In this document: positions 61,962 through 64,000 of the stretch, piece after piece
Numbering within the stretch: position 1 is the first letter of the stretch
How the letters are laid out: every line of letters starts with the position of its first letter
Assembly (NCBI RefSeq): GCF_009914755.1
Contig: NC_060927.1
DNA: 64,000 bases
Origin: the human T2T-CHM13v2.0 reference genome, Homo sapiens
Reading direction: 5' to 3' (one strand)
The notes under the pieces: model-generated
Databases searched by the model: none
What the model saw: only the letters and a program-made list of their open reading frames with translations
What the model was told of the DNA's origin: nothing
Position numbers and translations under genes: made by a program

Positions 61962-63289
61962 CTAATCAGCATAAAAAATAAATTAGAATAAAGATCTTAT
62001 ACAAACATAAAGTATCTGGGAACTGATTTTTATTCCAGTCTGAAACAATTATTTTACAGACTACTGACTTTAAATATACTACAACAGGATTTTCCTTCAC
62101 TATCACCTCAGAACAATATTTTAGGACAATATTCAAGGAAAACACTACTATAATGTATATAAAGATGCAGATATTTAGGATAATACTACAGAAGTTATTT
62201 TAAAGATGCAACAATGTACTTGGAGACCAAAAAATGGATAAGCATTTTAGAGAGGAGATGAACTGGGAAAAACTAGCTGTACAGCAATTGAGGTAGGGAA
62301 AGGTGAAAATATAGAGGCACCTAGTTCTTCAAAAAATGAATGGTGTGTGTGCACATGCATGCGTGTGTGTGTGTTCTAGGAGTGGGAAATCAAGGAAAAT
62401 ATATAGGGTCTGCTATTGATTATATTTAAATTTCGAACATCACTCATCAATGGTATTTGAATTTGCACTAGCTTTGCTAAATAATATATATGTTTCTAAT
62501 TATATTTGGATACATTCCCACAAGCAAAAGGAGCTAGCTTTCAATGGGCTGACTGGAGTGGAGCAGAATAGAAAGGGGAAATGTGATATTATATAGAAAA
62601 GAAAAAGGAATTCAAAGTCATCAAGTGTCTACTAGCTTCCAGACTCCACCTGTTACACAGCCTCATTTAATAAGGCTGTGAAATGATATTTTATGGTTTG
62701 GGAAACTGAGGCTTAGAAAAGTTAAAAAACCATGTCCTGGATCACTCAGGTAATAGGTACAGGTGCAGCTCAACCTTTTGAATCTAAAAACCTCACCTCT
62801 TAACTGCAATTTTATACTCCACATTCAGCATGACTACATTAAAAATTATTTCTTGTTTTTGGCAATTGTCCTGGTACAACATCTTTTAAAACCCTGTAAT
62901 TCCCACATATCTATAATTTTAATATGTGGTCATACTAGCTGTATTAATCTTCTCTAAGTTTCAGTTTTCCACAACGTAAAATGGAAGATAATTTCTGCAC
63001 CCTCCTGAATGGGGATTAAATGGAATGGGTATAACGTGATGGCAGTGCTTGGTATACTGCCAATCTATGAGAGTTCCTATTAAATAATAAACAAATTTTG
63101 AATATTTGTTTAAATATTACATATAAATTACATTTATGGCTGTAATATATCAATGTGTTCTATTAGTTGTGATTTTCTCATACTGAAATAAATCATAAAG
63201 ATAAGCATGTTTAAGCTAACATCAAAGCTAAATAATCCCTTTTTTAAATTCAGCATTTATTTTTCCTAGAGTTTTATTTTATTTACCTA

Positions 63290-63600
63290 TTTGTACATTC
63301 AATATGCATTTCTTAACTACCTGCTTTGTACCAGGCACAATGCCAGGTGCTAGGGACACAGCTATGAACAGCAAATACAAAGTATCACTTTGTGTGGAGT
63401 TTAGGGTCTAACAGGAGAAACAGACATTTTACAACTACTAACACAAACACATTTAATTACAATAGTGATTAATAACACAAAGAATAAATATGGGAGTATG
63501 AGACTGTATTGAGAGAGAAACAGTTAATCTATTCTGAGGAAGTGAAGCTAAGCTTCTCAGAAAGTGAGAGTGAAAGTTGAAACCCACAGGATAAATTGGA
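63290..63600 (-). mobile_element. L2 3' end fragment
   Basis: actacctgctttgtaccaggcac...gctagggacacagctatgaac...ggagaaacagaca. Confidence 0.6.
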
Positions 63601-63813
63601 CAATATAACACTCATTCAAAGTTATTGGAAATCATCTTACATTAGTTCCGAAAAGCCCTCAATCCACTTTTGACAGGCACAGCAGGAATATATTTTTATT
63701 ACATACTATCAGTTCACTAGTGTAGTCGTTAACATAGGACTTCCTTTAAAGATAGATTCAACATGGTCAACAAAATCAGATTTTGTGGAAAGGTATCTAT
63801 TAAATTAACCATT

Positions 63814-64000
63814 TGTCTTAGTTTAAGCTCCTATATCAAATTGCCATAGACAGAGTAGGTTATAAACAACAAAAATTTATTCCTCATAGTTCTGGAGGAT
63901 GGAAGTCCAAAATCAGGGTGCCAGCATGGTCAGATTCTGATGAGGGTCCTCTTACGAGTTGCAAAGTGCCCACTTCTCACTGTATCTTCACATGGTAGAA
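63814..64000 (-). mobile_element. MLT1A-like LTR, runs off the window end
   Basis: tgtcttagtt...ataaacaacaaaaatttattcctcatagttctggaggatggaagtccaaaatcagggtgccagcatgg. Confidence 0.75.

Overview
AT-rich primate (most likely human) genomic DNA lying wholly inside GBE1 (glycogen branching enzyme) on the minus strand. Five coding exons are present (exons 8-12, codons 331-540), all with canonical AG/GT borders, and they include the catalytic residues D357, E412 and D481. The rest is intron with typical interspersed repeats: Alus, L1, L2, MIR, MLT1/THE1, MER4/MER39, DNA transposons and a two-LTR MER41A provirus antisense to the gene. The stand-out structure is a ~550-bp non-Alu inverted repeat pair (37246-37797 and 45984-46538) that brackets exons 11-12. 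Its 501-bp core differs at only 2 positions, its differences cluster at one end, and one copy is framed by a 9-bp inverted motif. It is a candidate for long-range dsRNA, back-splicing/exon skipping, inversion and gene conversion. Smaller observations: a hairpin that masks a competing +4 donor at exon 8, a probable conversion tract between the MER41 LTRs, and an Alu whose B-box region is rearranged into nested hairpins. Exon and residue numbering and repeat subfamily calls are from recall and were not database-checked.
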